Source: Octopus vulgaris
Lineage: Eukaryota
DNA length: 64,000 bases
Direction of reading: 5' to 3'
Assembly (NCBI GenBank): GCA_951406725.2
Contig: OX597831.1
Location: forward strand, 48,546,001 to 48,610,000
Shown here: positions 36,361 to 49,308 of the stretch, piece by piece
Layout of the letters: each line of letters begins with the position of its first letter
Numbering within the stretch: position 1 is the first letter of the stretch
Translations under genes and position numbers: made by a program
The notes under the pieces: model-generated
What the model saw: the letters and a program-made list of their open reading frames with translations, nothing else
What the model was told of the DNA's origin: nothing
Databases searched by the model: none

Positions 36361-38608
36361 AGGTTGGCTTAGGTCTAGTTGCTGTTGTTGTTTAACCCCA
36401 GGATAGCCTTGCTATGCATGCCTATAACCATAGATCTATATATTAATCTTCTGATCCCTGTCTCACAGACATATTGTCCCTTCAGTCTGTTCTCCCTATT
36501 TCTATCACAATGGCCTCTGCATCTCAGAGCCAGCTGGTTTTTATGCCCCCCCACCACCACCACCACCACTCAGATATCATTGTCTCACTTATCTTTTCTC
36601 CTCTCACTCCATGTTATGTCCAGTTATCCAGGTTCTCCACTAACCCTACTCTCAGTATTTTCTGTCTCCTGGGATTCCCTCCCTGCCCATATCATGATTA
36701 CAATTATTGACTTGCAACAGTTTAAACAGAAAGTTTTTGTTTTTATTTTTCTTGAGCCCTAGGATTTTTTAGGTCAGTTTAACCCAATTTTCATTGCATG
36801 TAAATGACTGAGATGGCAACACCCCTGAACAGGACACCAGTCCATGGCAGGAGGGCCCAAATTCAACAATTTTAAAGGCAAAGAAAATGATAATTATATC
36901 GACTTGTATGTTATTTTATTGACAGCTCATGAAGGAAAGAAAAAGCTGACTTAGGCAGGATTTGAACTCAGAATGTATAAAGAACAGGAAGAAATGCTGC
37001 TAAATATTTTGTACACTGTGCTACAGACTTTACCACCTTAAGCAGGATGTTAAACAGCATCAATCCATTAATCTTTTCATCTTCAAAAAGTTTACAAAGT
37101 CTATGAACCCAGTTCCTTCCTGCAGGCTTTACTGATAAAATAGGAAAACTGAAAAAAAAAAAAAAAGCAATGACCATCCAACCTTGATTTTCAGACCATA
37201 TGTTTAGGATTATGTTATTTAATAAGTCTTTTCCTCTTGTAAAAAGGTCTTTAAAAAGGAATGAAGTAGAATTGTATCATATCCAAGGATATTAGTAGCA
37301 CAAGGGAGATCAAATGTCTGTAGACAATATAAACTTACCTGAACATTAAACAAAAATTACGGGGTGGTGGTGGTGCAATTTCTTAGCTTGATTGCTAGAA
37401 GCATCTTGGTGCTTACCAATAACAACAAAGAACCAAGAAGTGCCTGTTACAGAGACAGCAAAGGGTCTATATAACCCTTTGTTATATAGACAATGGTTGT
37501 TGAAGTTGGGTTGTTGTCCTTGTTAGTATAAACTAGACAAGTTTTAGATCTGCTTCTGCTTTATTCCTGTATTGTCTGTGAGGATTTATACTTCTGACAT
37601 TAACTGTATTTAACAACTTGATTTCAATTTGGCTGTGAGGCGTTATACTTCTATGATTAATATTTAGCAGCATCTTTCTAAGTCTTCCTTCGTTATTTCA
37701 AGATGAATCATAGCTGATGGCCAAATATTCTTCTCTTTGCTATTTCTCTTACCATTTTCTTTGACTATTTCATTTTTGTTAGTTCTCTATTTCATTTACA
37801 TTCTGAACATTTTTATATTATTTTCTCTTTTTTTCCTCTCTTCTGCATCTCTTTCTTCTCCTCTGCTCTCCCCTCTTTTCCTTTCATCTCATCTCCTCGT
37901 CTCTCTTTTCTTTTTCTCCCTCCTTCATTCAGAAGTAGGTAAATTATTTACTTTCATTTTCTGAATATGGCAGCTAATACCCACCTCACTCCTCCACAGA
38001 TTTGTCTATTAGTCCAACAAGAGCTATTGAAATAAGTCTTGAATCTGAAATACAAGATGCATATGGTTATAGTGTCAAGTCCCATACAGGTTCATATGTA
38101 ATCTACTGGCACCTCTTGAGACATTATTCTACAGACAATGGGAATATCTAAAGCCAACCCAGTCACTGGTGAGCCAATTCTTCTTCATGCTTTATCTCCC
38201 AGGAAGTGAACTCACTATCCAAATGTTACTGAAACAAATATTTCTGAAATATGTAGCTCACCATCACCACCACCACCATCACCACCGCCACAACCACCAA
38301 CACCACCATCATTATTATCATCATCATCATTGTTGTCAAAATTTTTAACCTCCATTTTGCCATACTCACATGATTCAGGTGGAATTTGTTGAAACAGATT
38401 TTCTATAGGAGAGGAATGTCCTTCCTGTCTCCACCCCTCACTTTTTTCCAAAGCAAGTTAATATTTCTTCATGGCCAGACATGTTTTCCATGGAAAGCTG
38501 GAGATGAAGGACATTGTGTACGACTGTGACTCTTGTTTGCAACTATCATGTGATATTATTTACATTATTTACAATTGACAGATATTTGTCCTCATCTTTT
38601 TTGTTGTT

Positions 38609-38653
38609 GACACAACGTTTCAGCTGAATACTCTCCAGCCTTCATCAGGTGTC
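38609..38653 (-). ncRNA. Minimal type I hammerhead ribozyme
   Basis: GACAC-CTGATGA-A-GGCTG-[9 nt]-CAGCT-GAAACGTT-GTGTC; canonical core; stem I perfect, stem II with one G-U pair. Confidence 0.75.
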
Positions 38654-38743
38654 TTGGGGAAATTTCAAACCTGGGTTCTCATTCCTAAGGTATTTTTCAA
38701 TGTTGTTGTTATTATTATTATTATTATCATTATTATTATTCAG

Positions 38744-38815
38744 GTCACTACCTGGAATCGAACTCGGAATCTTGGGGTTAGTAGCCCATGCTCTTAACCA
38801 ATACATCATATGCCC
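38744..38815 (-). promoter_or_regulatory. tRNA-derived internal Pol III promoter (A and B boxes)
   Basis: TGATGTATTGGTTAAG (decayed A box), anticodon-like arm, GAGTTCGATTCC (B box). Confidence 0.6.
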
Positions 38816-39427
38816 GTGGGCAATTATGGAGTGAATTTTAGGGTTTATAAATCTAATATTTTCCTATCTTTCCTTAATACTGGTTCCCATATGCTGTTCA
38901 TATCTGCACTCAGTCTGCTTAGGAGGTTGCTGTGTCCTAGCATATATGCTGCTTCTTTTAGTTTTCGTATATAAATATAGAACTGTATTTAGTTTCATAT
39001 TTAGTTTCGTATTTAAATATAGAACTGTACTATCATGTGATGTTGAGATAAGGAGACACTAACTCTCTCTCTCTCTCTCACTCACTCTCTATCTCTATCT
39101 CTCCCCCCACACACACACATACACGACAGGCTTCTTTCAGTTTTTGTCTATCAAATCAACTCACAAGGCTTCAGTCAGCCTGGGGCTGTAGTAGAAAATA
39201 CTTGCCCACCGAAGGTTCCGTGCAGAGAGACTGAAGCTGGAATCTAGTGATTGCAAAAACAAGCTTCTCAACCATAGGGTCACTTCTGCCAACAACAAAT
39301 AAATTTTTCCTATGCAGGGCCACTTCCAGGGTAATCAGTGTCTTGTCTAACCTATGCTGACATAGAAAAGAAAATGCAAAACAAATGAACTAATCATCAT
39401 CATCATCATTATTATTATTTAACCTTC

Positions 39428-39860
39428 AAGGTGGCAAGCTGGCAGAAACATTAACACAGCAGGTAAAATGCTTAGCGGTATTTCATCTGTCATTATGTTC
39501 TGAGTTCAAATTCTGCCGAGGTTGACTTTGCTTTTCATCCTTTCAGGGTCGAAAAATTAAGTACCAGTTATGCACTGGGGTCGATGTAATTGACTTAATC
39601 CGTTTGTCAGTCCTTATTTATCCCCTCTATGTTTAGCCCCATGTGGGCAATAAAGAAATAAGAAACGTTAGCACGGCAGGCAAAATGCTTAGCGCTATTT
39701 CATCTGTCTTTAAGTTTTGAGTTCAAATTCTGCCGAGGTTGACTTTGCTTTCATCCTTTCAGGGTCGATAACTTAAGAACCAGTTGTGTACTGGGGTTGA
39801 TCTAATCAACTGGCCCTTTCCCCAAAAATGTCAAGCCTTGTACCCAGAATAGAAAAGATC
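39428..39860 (+). mobile_element. SINE family B, head-to-tail dimer
   Basis: Two bodies (39428-39660, 39661-39860) with different 3' tails. Confidence 0.85.
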
Positions 39861-40519
39861 ATTATTTAACCTTCATTTTCTTCACTGGCATGAGTTGGAC
39901 AGTTTGACAGGAGCTGACCAGTTGAAGGGCTGTTCAGGCTCCATGTCTGAATTGGCATGGTTTCTACAGCTGGCAGCCCTTCCTAACACCAACCACTTTA
40001 CAGAATGTATTGGGTGCTTTTACACACCATCAGCTTCCGGTCCCTTGTCATTTCAGTACAATCACAGTACAATATTTTAATTAATTTTCATATAGATGCC
40101 ATATTTTTTATGCATTATGGTATATGAGGTAAGAATCACATAAATAATGGTTTTCACCTCAGATCTATCAGTGGACCATTTGGCCCTCAAGTTCAAGTTA
40201 TCACATAACCTTGCCAAGGGATCATATAGGTAAATTCTAAATTTTGGGATACCTTTAAAGCCAGGAACTTTTCAGCACCCCCTTGTAAATATGCAACATT
40301 ACTATCATTATTTTTGCATCCTCTATTCTATACTGGCATGACTTGGACAGGAGCTATAACAGAGCTAATTAAAGATGTTGCTGGTTCTTTCTCTTGAATG
40401 GGAGTAAAGCAATCACATTGTCAGGGGCCCTTCTGAATATTGATAAGGGATCTCAGGGTCATGAGTCTTTGGTTCCCTAAACTATATGCTTCGTGTTAAT
40501 GGAGCAGCAATAGAAATAA

Positions 40520-40773
40520 AATGAATGTTCCTTCTCGAGCCATGCCAGGCTCATAAGGGCTGGTTTCCCAGTTTCAGTGGTGTAGAAATTCCTCACCTGG
40601 ACGGGATGTCGCTCCGTTGCAGGATTACTCATTTTTGCCAGCTGAGTGGACTGGAGCAATGTGAAAATGAAGTGTTTTGCTCAAGAACACAATGCATCAC
40701 CCAGTCTAGGAATCGAAACCACAACCTTACGATCATGAGTTCAACACCCTAACCATTAAGCCATGCACCTCCA
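40520..40773 (-). mobile_element. SINE family C, full length
   Basis: Minus strand GGAGGTGCATGGCTTAATGGTTAGG ... GGTTTCGATTCC (A/B boxes). Confidence 0.85.
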
Positions 40774-42431
40774 CTGGGGCAGCAATAGGATGCTTTAATT
40801 AGCTTTCTCCAGCTGAAGGAATACATCTGAGGTTCTGTGGTCTTTTATCAACCACAACCTCCTCAAGATGGTTTCAGCTGTCATAGCCACCTCCCTCGTG
40901 GGGCTTTCTTCAGTTTCAGTTGGTTGAATTCTAGACCAATCATTTGCAAAAAAAAGAAACAAGCACAAATAGCACACAGTAATCTTGCTGGGAAACTGCG
41001 ACAGCTGACTCCAATAACTTATATTACCAGAACATTAAAGATTGATTGGACTGTTAACTTTGGCATTGGAACAATGTTTCAATTCAGAGTGTGAGATAAT
41101 TATGAAATGATGGAATGTAGCGAAAAAAAGTTTCATTTCATGTTACTTTTTTCTTCTTTTCTTTTTATTGATGTATTTTGATACCTTCGATATATATTAC
41201 TAAAACATTAAAGATTGATTGATCTAATAACCTCATCTTTTATGTGTATTTGTTTATTTTTATTTATATTATTTACTTCAATCAGTCATAGCTGCTTCTT
41301 TCTGCATTGATCTTTAAGTACCCTGTTTCAACATATATTTTATACTCTGGATTGGATCTGTGTTAACATTGCAAACTGTGATACCTAATCTAAAAAAAGC
41401 ATCACGATTCTGATACTCATACATCTATGTGTGTGTGCATGTAGGTGTGTGTGTATGTGTGTATGTATGCACACACACATATACTTAAATCCTATACATA
41501 TATATATTATGTATATACATATATGCACACACACATATACACACACACACACACACTTACACATATATATGTGTATGTATGTATGGTTGTATGTATAGTT
41601 TGCTAGTGCCTCACTATTTTCTTCAACTTCCATTGGAGCTTGTGGAGAGCATGATTATTCATTTATCTTGTTTTTCCTTCCTTATTATAAACAGTGGTGG
41701 TGCCCTGATCCAGTGACATCCATTGATCCTATGTTCAAAGCTATTCAAGGCATTACCATTGAGTCTTTTATTGAGACATAATCCACCCAAGGCCAAACTT
41801 TCTTATGCACTCTTCTTTTTTCAGGACAACTGTTGATGCATGGTTTATTTGAGGAAATTTGCCTACTGTTTCCATCTGGTCAAGTAACCACAGATTTTTA
41901 TTATATAGAAGAGCACTTTTAAAGAAATTTCTTGGTAACAATGTGTTTGCAAAACTATAATCACTCCTTATTCTTTTGTGTTGTTGTAGTTGTCATAATA
42001 TTATAGCCCCAGGTTAGCTTTTGTCCCCCAATGTATGATAATAGAAGTTCCAGCCCCAAACACATGGCCTTTCTGTTTTCAGTCATTTTCTGTCTCTCCC
42101 TTCATCACACATTGTAGTTTTAGCTATCGCCATTTTAAGACAGTAAGGCAGCACTCTAGCAGAATCGTTAGCACGCCAGCTGAAATGCTTAGTGGTATTT
42201 CATATGTCTTCACCATTCTGGGTTCAAATTCCACCAAGGTCGACTTTGCCTTTCGTCTTTTCAGGATCAATAAATTAAGTACCAGTTGTGTACTGGAGTC
42301 AATATAATCGACTAGCCCCATACCTGCAAAATAGGCCTTCTGCCCTTAGTAGAAAGGATTATTTTAAGATAGTAAACTGTTTTAGATGTTATTTGGCTGC
42401 TATTTCTTCCAGGTCAAACAGCCATCCAGAG

Positions 42432-42756
42432 CAGTGGTTCTCACCTGGGTTCTATATGACCCTAGAGGGTCCATATGGCTCTTGGGCACCATATAGCTCT
42501 AAGAGATCTATATGACACTCAGCGGTCCTTATAAGATTTTTTTGTTAAAATTTATGTGCAATAAACTGGTCATATTTCAGCACAAAATATTTTTACAGTT
42601 TTTTTTATTTAAATACAGTTCCAAATAATATTTAATCATGAAAATATAATTAAGAGCTTTTAGACATCGAATGGCTATGAGGGTCCCTCTCCCTGAATAA
42701 AATAGAAATCAAAGGGGTCCATATTCAAAAATGGTTGGCAAAAAAAAAAACCAATG
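42432..42756. mobile_element. hAT (Charlie-like) MITE
   Basis: CAGTGGTTCTC start, AACCAATG end; 8-bp TSD ATCCAGAG/ATCTAGAG; related copies at 57104-57762 (SINE-split) and 60391-60633. Confidence 0.75.
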
Positions 42757-42764
42757 ATCTAGAG

Positions 42765-43058
42765 CAGGTCTGGCCAACTCAAATTACATTGCAGGCCACT
42801 TTAATCACAGAAAGTTTTCTGAGGGCTGCTTGTATACTTTACACACTAATAGCCAAATAATCAAATTACAGAATCAAGAATTTTTCATACTTTTCATTTG
42901 TTTAATTATAAAATTGAAGGCTATTGCTTTTTTACCACTTCTAAATTTTAATTTTATTTTGAAATTGAGCACAATACCTCAAGAAAGTATCAAGCAGACT
43001 GCAAGATAAAAGTCTGTGGGCTGCATGCATCCCATGGGCCTCAGGTTGGCCAGCCCTG
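42765..43058. mobile_element. Second hAT MITE abutting the first
   Basis: TIRs CAGGTCTGGCCAAC / GTTGGCCAGCCCTG. Confidence 0.75.
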
Positions 43059-43470
43059 ATCCATACTGTCTCAAACCTCTGTCTTATCTATCTCTCTATC
43101 TATCTTCACACACACACACACACACATTCATATGCAATGGGTGCTTTAGATTTCTGTCTGCCAGATCTGGACCAGGCTGATGTTGTGCTCTTGAGCAAGA
43201 CACTTTATATCACATTGCTCCAGTTCACTCAGCTATAGAAATGAGTTGCAACATCACTGGTGCCAAGCTGTATTTGGCATTTGCCTTTGCCTTGGATAAC
43301 ATCGGTGGTGTGTAGAGGAGAGGCTGGTATCTTTGGGTGATCACTGGTCTTCTATAAACAATCTTGTCCAGACATGTGCCTTGAAAGGTAGCTTCCTAAG
43401 TGCAATCTGATGATTATTCATCACCGAAGGAGGTCTTACTACTTTTTACCCTTTTTATATAATACATACA

Positions 43471-43501
<31 letters not shown>

Positions 43502-44001
43502 GTACACACACATATATACATGAAGGCACATAGCTCAGTGGTCAAAGTGTCGGGCTCACAATCCTGAAGTAGTGAGTTCAATTCCCGGACTGGGCTGTGT
43601 GCTGTGTTCTTGAGCAAGACACTTTATTTCACGCCGCTCACTCAGCTGTAGAAATGAGTTGCAACATCATTAGTACCAATGTATATCAGCCTTTGTCTTT
43701 CTCTTGGATAACATTAGTAGCATGAAGATGGGAGGCCAATATGTATGAGTGACTGCTGGTCTTCCATAAACAACCTTGCCCAGACTTGTGCCTCAGAGGG
43801 TAACCTTCGAAGTGCAATCACATAGTCATTCAGTTGGTAGGGTCTTTACCCTACCAAATCCACTCACAGGGCTTTGTTCATCTCAGGGCTTTTGTAGAAG
43901 ACAGTTGTCCATGATGCCATGTAGTGGAAGGGACTGAACCCAAAATCAGGTGGTTGAGAGGTGAACTTCTCAACCATACATCACATATGTGCCTATAACC
44001 A

Positions 44002-44357
44002 TGCCTGCATTTATATAAAAATTGCAGATGCAATAACAGAAGACAGAAATGCTGGAATATATAAATTTATTATTGCATTAAAGGTAAATTTCACACTCCA
44101 ACCATGAAGAAGTGTATGAAAAAAAGTTATGCATTATTTTAGACCTTCGCTATCAAAACCACTTTCACAGTTGCACAAGATTATATTATGAAATTATCAT
44201 CATTATCTTCATCATCGTCATCATCATCATTGTTGTCATCATCGTTATCAGCATTATCATAGTCGCCGTCATCATCACACTCATCATCACCATCATCATC
44301 ATCACCATCATCACCACCACCAACACCACCATCATCATCAGCAGCAGCATCATCACG

Positions 44358-44388
<31 letters not shown>

Positions 44389-45016
44389 CCACCACCACCA
44401 CCATCATCACCACCACATTCATCACCGCCATCATCATCACCACCATTACCATCACCATCATCATCACCATCATCATCATCACCACCATTACCACCACCAC
44501 CACCATCATCACCACCACCACTACCACCACCATCATCATCATCATCATTATTATCATCATCATCATCATCATCGTCATCATCATCATCATCATTTAACAT
44601 CCACTTTTCCATGCTTACACACGTCATACAGAATTCAGTAAGGCAGATCTTGTTCAATTCGATGTCTTTTCTCTTTCCAATCTTCATTTCTTTCCAAGCA
44701 AGGTTATATATTTCCCTGTGTAGAAATCTTTTTTCTTTTTTTTTTTAGTGAAGACTGGAAATAAACAACACTGCTTGTATGACAGTGATGCTTCTTTACA
44801 ATCATCACACAATATCAAGACAAGGGTACATGCAGACACACACACACATGCGCACGTGCACACACACACGCATGCATGCTCACACACACACACACGAACA
44901 CACGCACACATGCACAAAGGCACACACACACACACACAAACACATACACAAACACACATTCACACCTCTCTCTCCTTTCTTTCTCTTTCTCTCTCTCTTT
45001 CTCTCTCTCTTTCTCC

Positions 45017-45054
<38 letters not shown>

Positions 45055-46492
45055 CTTCCCTGTTGAGCAAGCCACTCTTCAGCAAGATTCCTACTTCTCT
45101 CCTTCTATCATAGTTTCTTATTTATCCAGTCTATACCTCACTCAATTGAGGAGTCATACATAGTTTTCTTTCTCTACTTTAAGCAAAAGGCCCGAAATTT
45201 GGGAGGAGGGGCCAGTCGATTAGATCAATCCCAGTACACAACTGGTACTTAATTTATCGACCCTGAAAGGACAAAAGGCAAAGTCAACCTCAGCAGAATT
45301 TGAGCTCAGAATGTAAAGACAGACGAAATACCACTAAGTATTTTGCCCAATTTGCTAACGTTTCTGCCAGCTTGCCACCTTCATATTTAAAATATTGGGT
45401 TGAGGAATAATTCATGAGCATTTTTTAAAGATTTATTTTATACAAAAAACTACAACAAATTAATCAATAATATACTCTCTGTTGTTTATGACTTCTCATC
45501 ATTCAATAAGTTTTCCAATGTCTCGGCGATAGAAATCTTCTGATCTTGAACCTAATGAATTCATCCAACCAAGCCCTCAATTCCACATCATTATTGAATG
45601 ATACACCATGTAAAGCATTCGAAAGCAATTGAAAGAATGGAAAATCTGATGGCGCCATGTCTGGAGTATAGAGAATGAGGCAGCATTTTCCAGTCGAGTT
45701 CTTGAATCACAGCTTTGGTCATATTGGCAATGTGAAGACAGCCATTGCTGTGTTGCAGAAGAATGCCATTTTGCCTATTTGGTCTTTTTTGCTGAATTGC
45801 TTCATTGAGTTAGGGCATAATTCTCTGGTCATTTGACATGGACTTTCATGAAGAAGTTGATTCAATCACTCTTCATTGAAATCAGTTGGTCAATTGGTAT
45901 GTGTGATCCATCCTTGAGGTCAAAGTTCCCACTCTTGAAGCACAAAAACCAACAATGGGCAGTACTTTGAAGCATTGCTATTTCTCCATACACAGCACAA
46001 ATCTAATGAGCAGCTTCAGTGGCCTTAACACCATGATTAAATGCAAAATGCAAATGGTATTGAAGATGCTCAGTTTTGTCCCCATTACATCCCATTTTAA
46101 TGATCTGAAAATATACAAAAATCAATAGAACTAAAAAGTCAAAGCACACTATCTTGTAGAGCAAATAATTATCTTTTAAATAACATAAAACATTTTGTCA
46201 AAGCATTTTCTTTTTGTTTGTATTCTTAAATTTGAAAAAAAACATTCATGAATTATTCTTCAATCCAATACATATATATATATATATACACATATATAGA
46301 TATATCATCATCATTTAATGTCCGTTTTCCATGCTGACATGGGTTGCATGGTTTGACTGGCGACTGGTGGTGGTGGTGGTGGTGGTAATGGTGGTGATGA
46401 TGATGATGGTGATGATGATGGTGATGGTAATGGTGGTGATGATGATGGTGGTGATGAATGTGGTGGTGATGATGGTGGTGGTGGTGGTGATT

Positions 46493-46528
<36 letters not shown>

Positions 46529-46853
46529 GTGATGATGCTGCTGCTGCTGATGGTGGTGGTGGTGGTGGTGATGATGGTGATGATGATGATGGTGATGATG
46601 AGTGTGATGATGACGGCAACGATGATAATGCTGATAACGATGATGAAGATAATGATGATAATTTCATAATATAATCTTGTGCAACTGTGAAAGTGGTTTT
46701 GATAGCGAAGGTCTAAAATAATGCATAACTTTTTTTCATACACTTCTTCATGGTTGGAGTGTGAAATTTACCTTTAATGCAATAATAAATTTATATATTC
46801 CTGCATTTCTGTCTTCTGTTATTGCATCTGCAATTTTTATATAAATGCAGGCA
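44002..46853. repeat. Inverted duplication (44002-~44520 versus 46366-46853)
   Basis: About 190 bp of unique sequence nearly identical on opposite strands, plus the adjoining ATC/ACC tract; both ORF-track entries begin MYEKKLCIILDLRYQNHFHSCTRLYYE. Confidence 0.9.
45395..46268 (-). mobile_element. Internally deleted mariner transposon
   Basis: TA|TTGGGTTGAGGAATAATTCATGA ... TCATGAATTATTCTTCAATCCAA|TA; minus strand GVKATEAAH*ICAVYGE...WFLCFKSGNFDLKD (mariner HTH) and WKMLPHSLYS. Confidence 0.9.
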
Positions 46854-46963
46854 ATCTGATCTGGCAATGTTTCTACAGCTGGATGCCCTTCCTAACACCA
46901 ACCATGCCTAGAGTGTAGTGGGTGCTTTTTACATGCCACCGATATATATATATATATATATAT

Positions 46964-46996
<33 letters not shown>

Positions 46997-47164
46997 GCAA
47001 CAAGCTTCTTTCAGTTTCCATCCACCAAATCTCCTCAAAAGGCTTTGATCAGCCCAAAGGTATAGTAGAAAACCCTTGTTTAAAGTGACACACAATGACA
47101 CTGAATCCGGAACCACATGGCTGGAAAGCTAGCTACTTAGCACTCAACCTCACAGCCACAAAGG

Positions 47165-47590
47165 TGTCGTAGTGTGGTAAGAAGCTTGCTTCCCAATCAC
47201 ATGATTCTGGGTTCAGTCCCACTGCATGTCACCTTGGCAAGTGTCTTCTGTTATAGCCTTGGGCCAACCAAAGCCTTGTGAGTGGATTTGGTAACAGGAA
47301 ATTGAGAGAAGACTGTCATGTGTGTTTGCATGTGTGTGCATGTCGATATTTACATGTGTCTATATGTCTGTGTTTGTCTCCACTCGACCCCCATCACCAC
47401 TTAACAACTGGTGTTGGTGTGTTTACGTCCCCATAACTTAGCAGTTCAGCAAAAGTCACCAATAGAATAAGTACTAATCTTTAAAAAAAAATAAGTCCTG
47501 TTGTTCGATTTACTTGACAAAAACCCTTCAAGACTGTGCTCCAGGATTGCTACAGTCAAATGACTAAAACATGTAAAAGAATAATAGAAT
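47165..47590 (+). mobile_element. SINE family A, back to back with a minus-strand head at 46995-47160
   Basis: Head and tail motifs as in 2031-2464. Confidence 0.8.
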
Positions 47591-48263
47591 ATACATTAGA
47601 ATTGTTTCACCCATTCCATTCCCCAAAAATATTCTGGTGAATAAGTGGTGAATGTTTTATGCAGTTGCAATTATTACACTGGCGAATATGCTATCTGAAG
47701 TAGTCAAAATTGGAATAATCAAAACATTTATTGATGAACCAATACAGCCTGTATTTTTTCCTTTTGTTTTACTTTTCTGTTATTTTATCCCATTTTTTTT
47801 TTTTTTATTAATTTTTTTTACTGCTTTTAGTGAAGAATGGTACCATTGATTATAGATTTCCAATGAGAGACTCTCTGATTCCCAGTATTTGTGATCTGGA
47901 GGGAGTGATCAAGAATTGCTTTTGTATCTCAGTATGAAACGAATGCTACACATGTTGTGGTTTCAGAATCATTTTTCTCCTCTTATTGGGTTTGACACTT
48001 CTGTTAACATCTTTCCCTATCTGCATGCCGTATTTTCTGGCATACATTTTAACGTAGTATATAGTGTAAACAAATTGAGTAAATATTCAAATGTTGACAA
48101 CCATCTTTCCAAATCCAATCCAACAGTCCTCTAAGTTGTCTTGGTTTATAAATCAACCTTCCATTTTGGGCTGTAAATTTTAGTCTGAAAAATTCAACTC
48201 GTCTGCTGGTATATATATATATATATATATATATACAGCAATGAGAAAATGGAGGGGATCAAG

Positions 48264-48876
48264 AGGTGGTATTCATCAACTTTTAGACATTATATTATGT
48301 CAATTTATTTTTTTAAAAAACAATTATAACAATATACATACATGCATATCATATTATGCTTTACATATATAATATATAAAATATAAAAATTCTAGTAATT
48401 ATTAAAATATATAACATAGAGCATAGAACGCAGAATTTCTACATTCTACTTTCTTATTTCTTTATTGCCCACAAGGGACTAAACATAGAATGGACAAACA
48501 AGGACATACAAAGGGATTAAGTTGATTTTATCAACCACAGTGTGTAACTGGTACTTAATTTATTGACCCTGAAAGGATGAAAGGCAAAGTCGACCTCGGC
48601 GGAATTTGAACTCACAATGCAATAGCAGATGAAATGCCTAAGCATTTTTCCCGGCATGCTAACGCTTCTGCCACTTCACTGCCAAAATATATATTCTATA
48701 TTCTACTTTCTATGCTCTACGTTATATATTTTAATAATTACTGGTATTTTTATATTTTATATATTATATATGTAAAGCATAATATGTTATACATGTATGT
48801 ATATTGTTATAATTGTTTTTTTTTTAAATAAATAAATAGACATAATATAATGTCTAAAAGTTGACGAATACCACCT
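48264..48876. mobile_element. AT-rich foldback MITE (~165-bp arms) with a family B SINE (48450-48685, -) in its centre
   Basis: AGGTGGTATTCATCAACTTTTAGACATTATATTATGTC / GACATAATATAATGTCTAAAAGTTGACGAATACCACCT; SINE TSD TTCTA(C/T)ATTCTACTTTCT. Confidence 0.8.
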
Positions 48877-49196
48877 TCCTTACTGTATAAATTAAGGGTA
48901 AAACAACTTTTTACCCTCACCCATTTATTACATACAGTAGTGTAATTACCATGCAATAAAAAAACACTTGTGTATTAATAATTGGGTTTTCTACCAGCAG
49001 TATATTGGATAGATATTATCCGTTAGTTGGTTAAATTCACAACCTCCAACTCTCTTGGAATTATATATATATATATATTCGTAAAAACGGTAAGATAACA
49101 AAAGAAAGAAAGAGACCTCAATATTATGTAAATAGAGGAATTTATCTGTAAATATAATATGTGAAAATTATTCGGTAGCCAAGATATTATATTTAC

Positions 49197-49230
<34 letters not shown>

Positions 49231-49267
49231 TAGTCACTAAATTGTGAATAGCTTCCTTAATAAAATT

Positions 49268-49308
<41 letters not shown>

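Larger units (their letters stand above)
34702..37346 (-). other. Candidate spliced transcript (exon parts 37346-37339, 37148-37034, 34815-34702); possible 78-aa ORF or lncRNA
   Basis: CAG|GTAAGT donor at 37338, (T)15CAG acceptor at 37149, GTG|GTAAAG donor, TCTTGCAG acceptor at 34816; the frame stays open across both junctions; no recognisable homology. Confidence 0.25.
38555..39028 (-). mobile_element. Penelope-like element 3' end: GIY-YIG C-terminus, tRNA-like segment and hammerhead
   Basis: RKLKEAAYMLGHSNLLSRLSADMNSIWEPVLRKDRKILDL* (38967-38845); 13-bp TSD ACTATCATGTGAT at 38542-38554 and 39029-39041. Confidence 0.8.

Noticed and set aside
38744-38815. Functional tRNA gene (also the SINE heads at 33796, 40773, 43521)
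   Set aside because: Acceptor stem does not pair properly and there is no oligo-T terminator; embedded in repeats
44112-44597. Duplicated gene MYEKKLCIILD... (also 46315-46743)
   Set aside because: GTG-started ORF running into an ATC/ACC microsatellite; its duplication is explained by the inverted insertion
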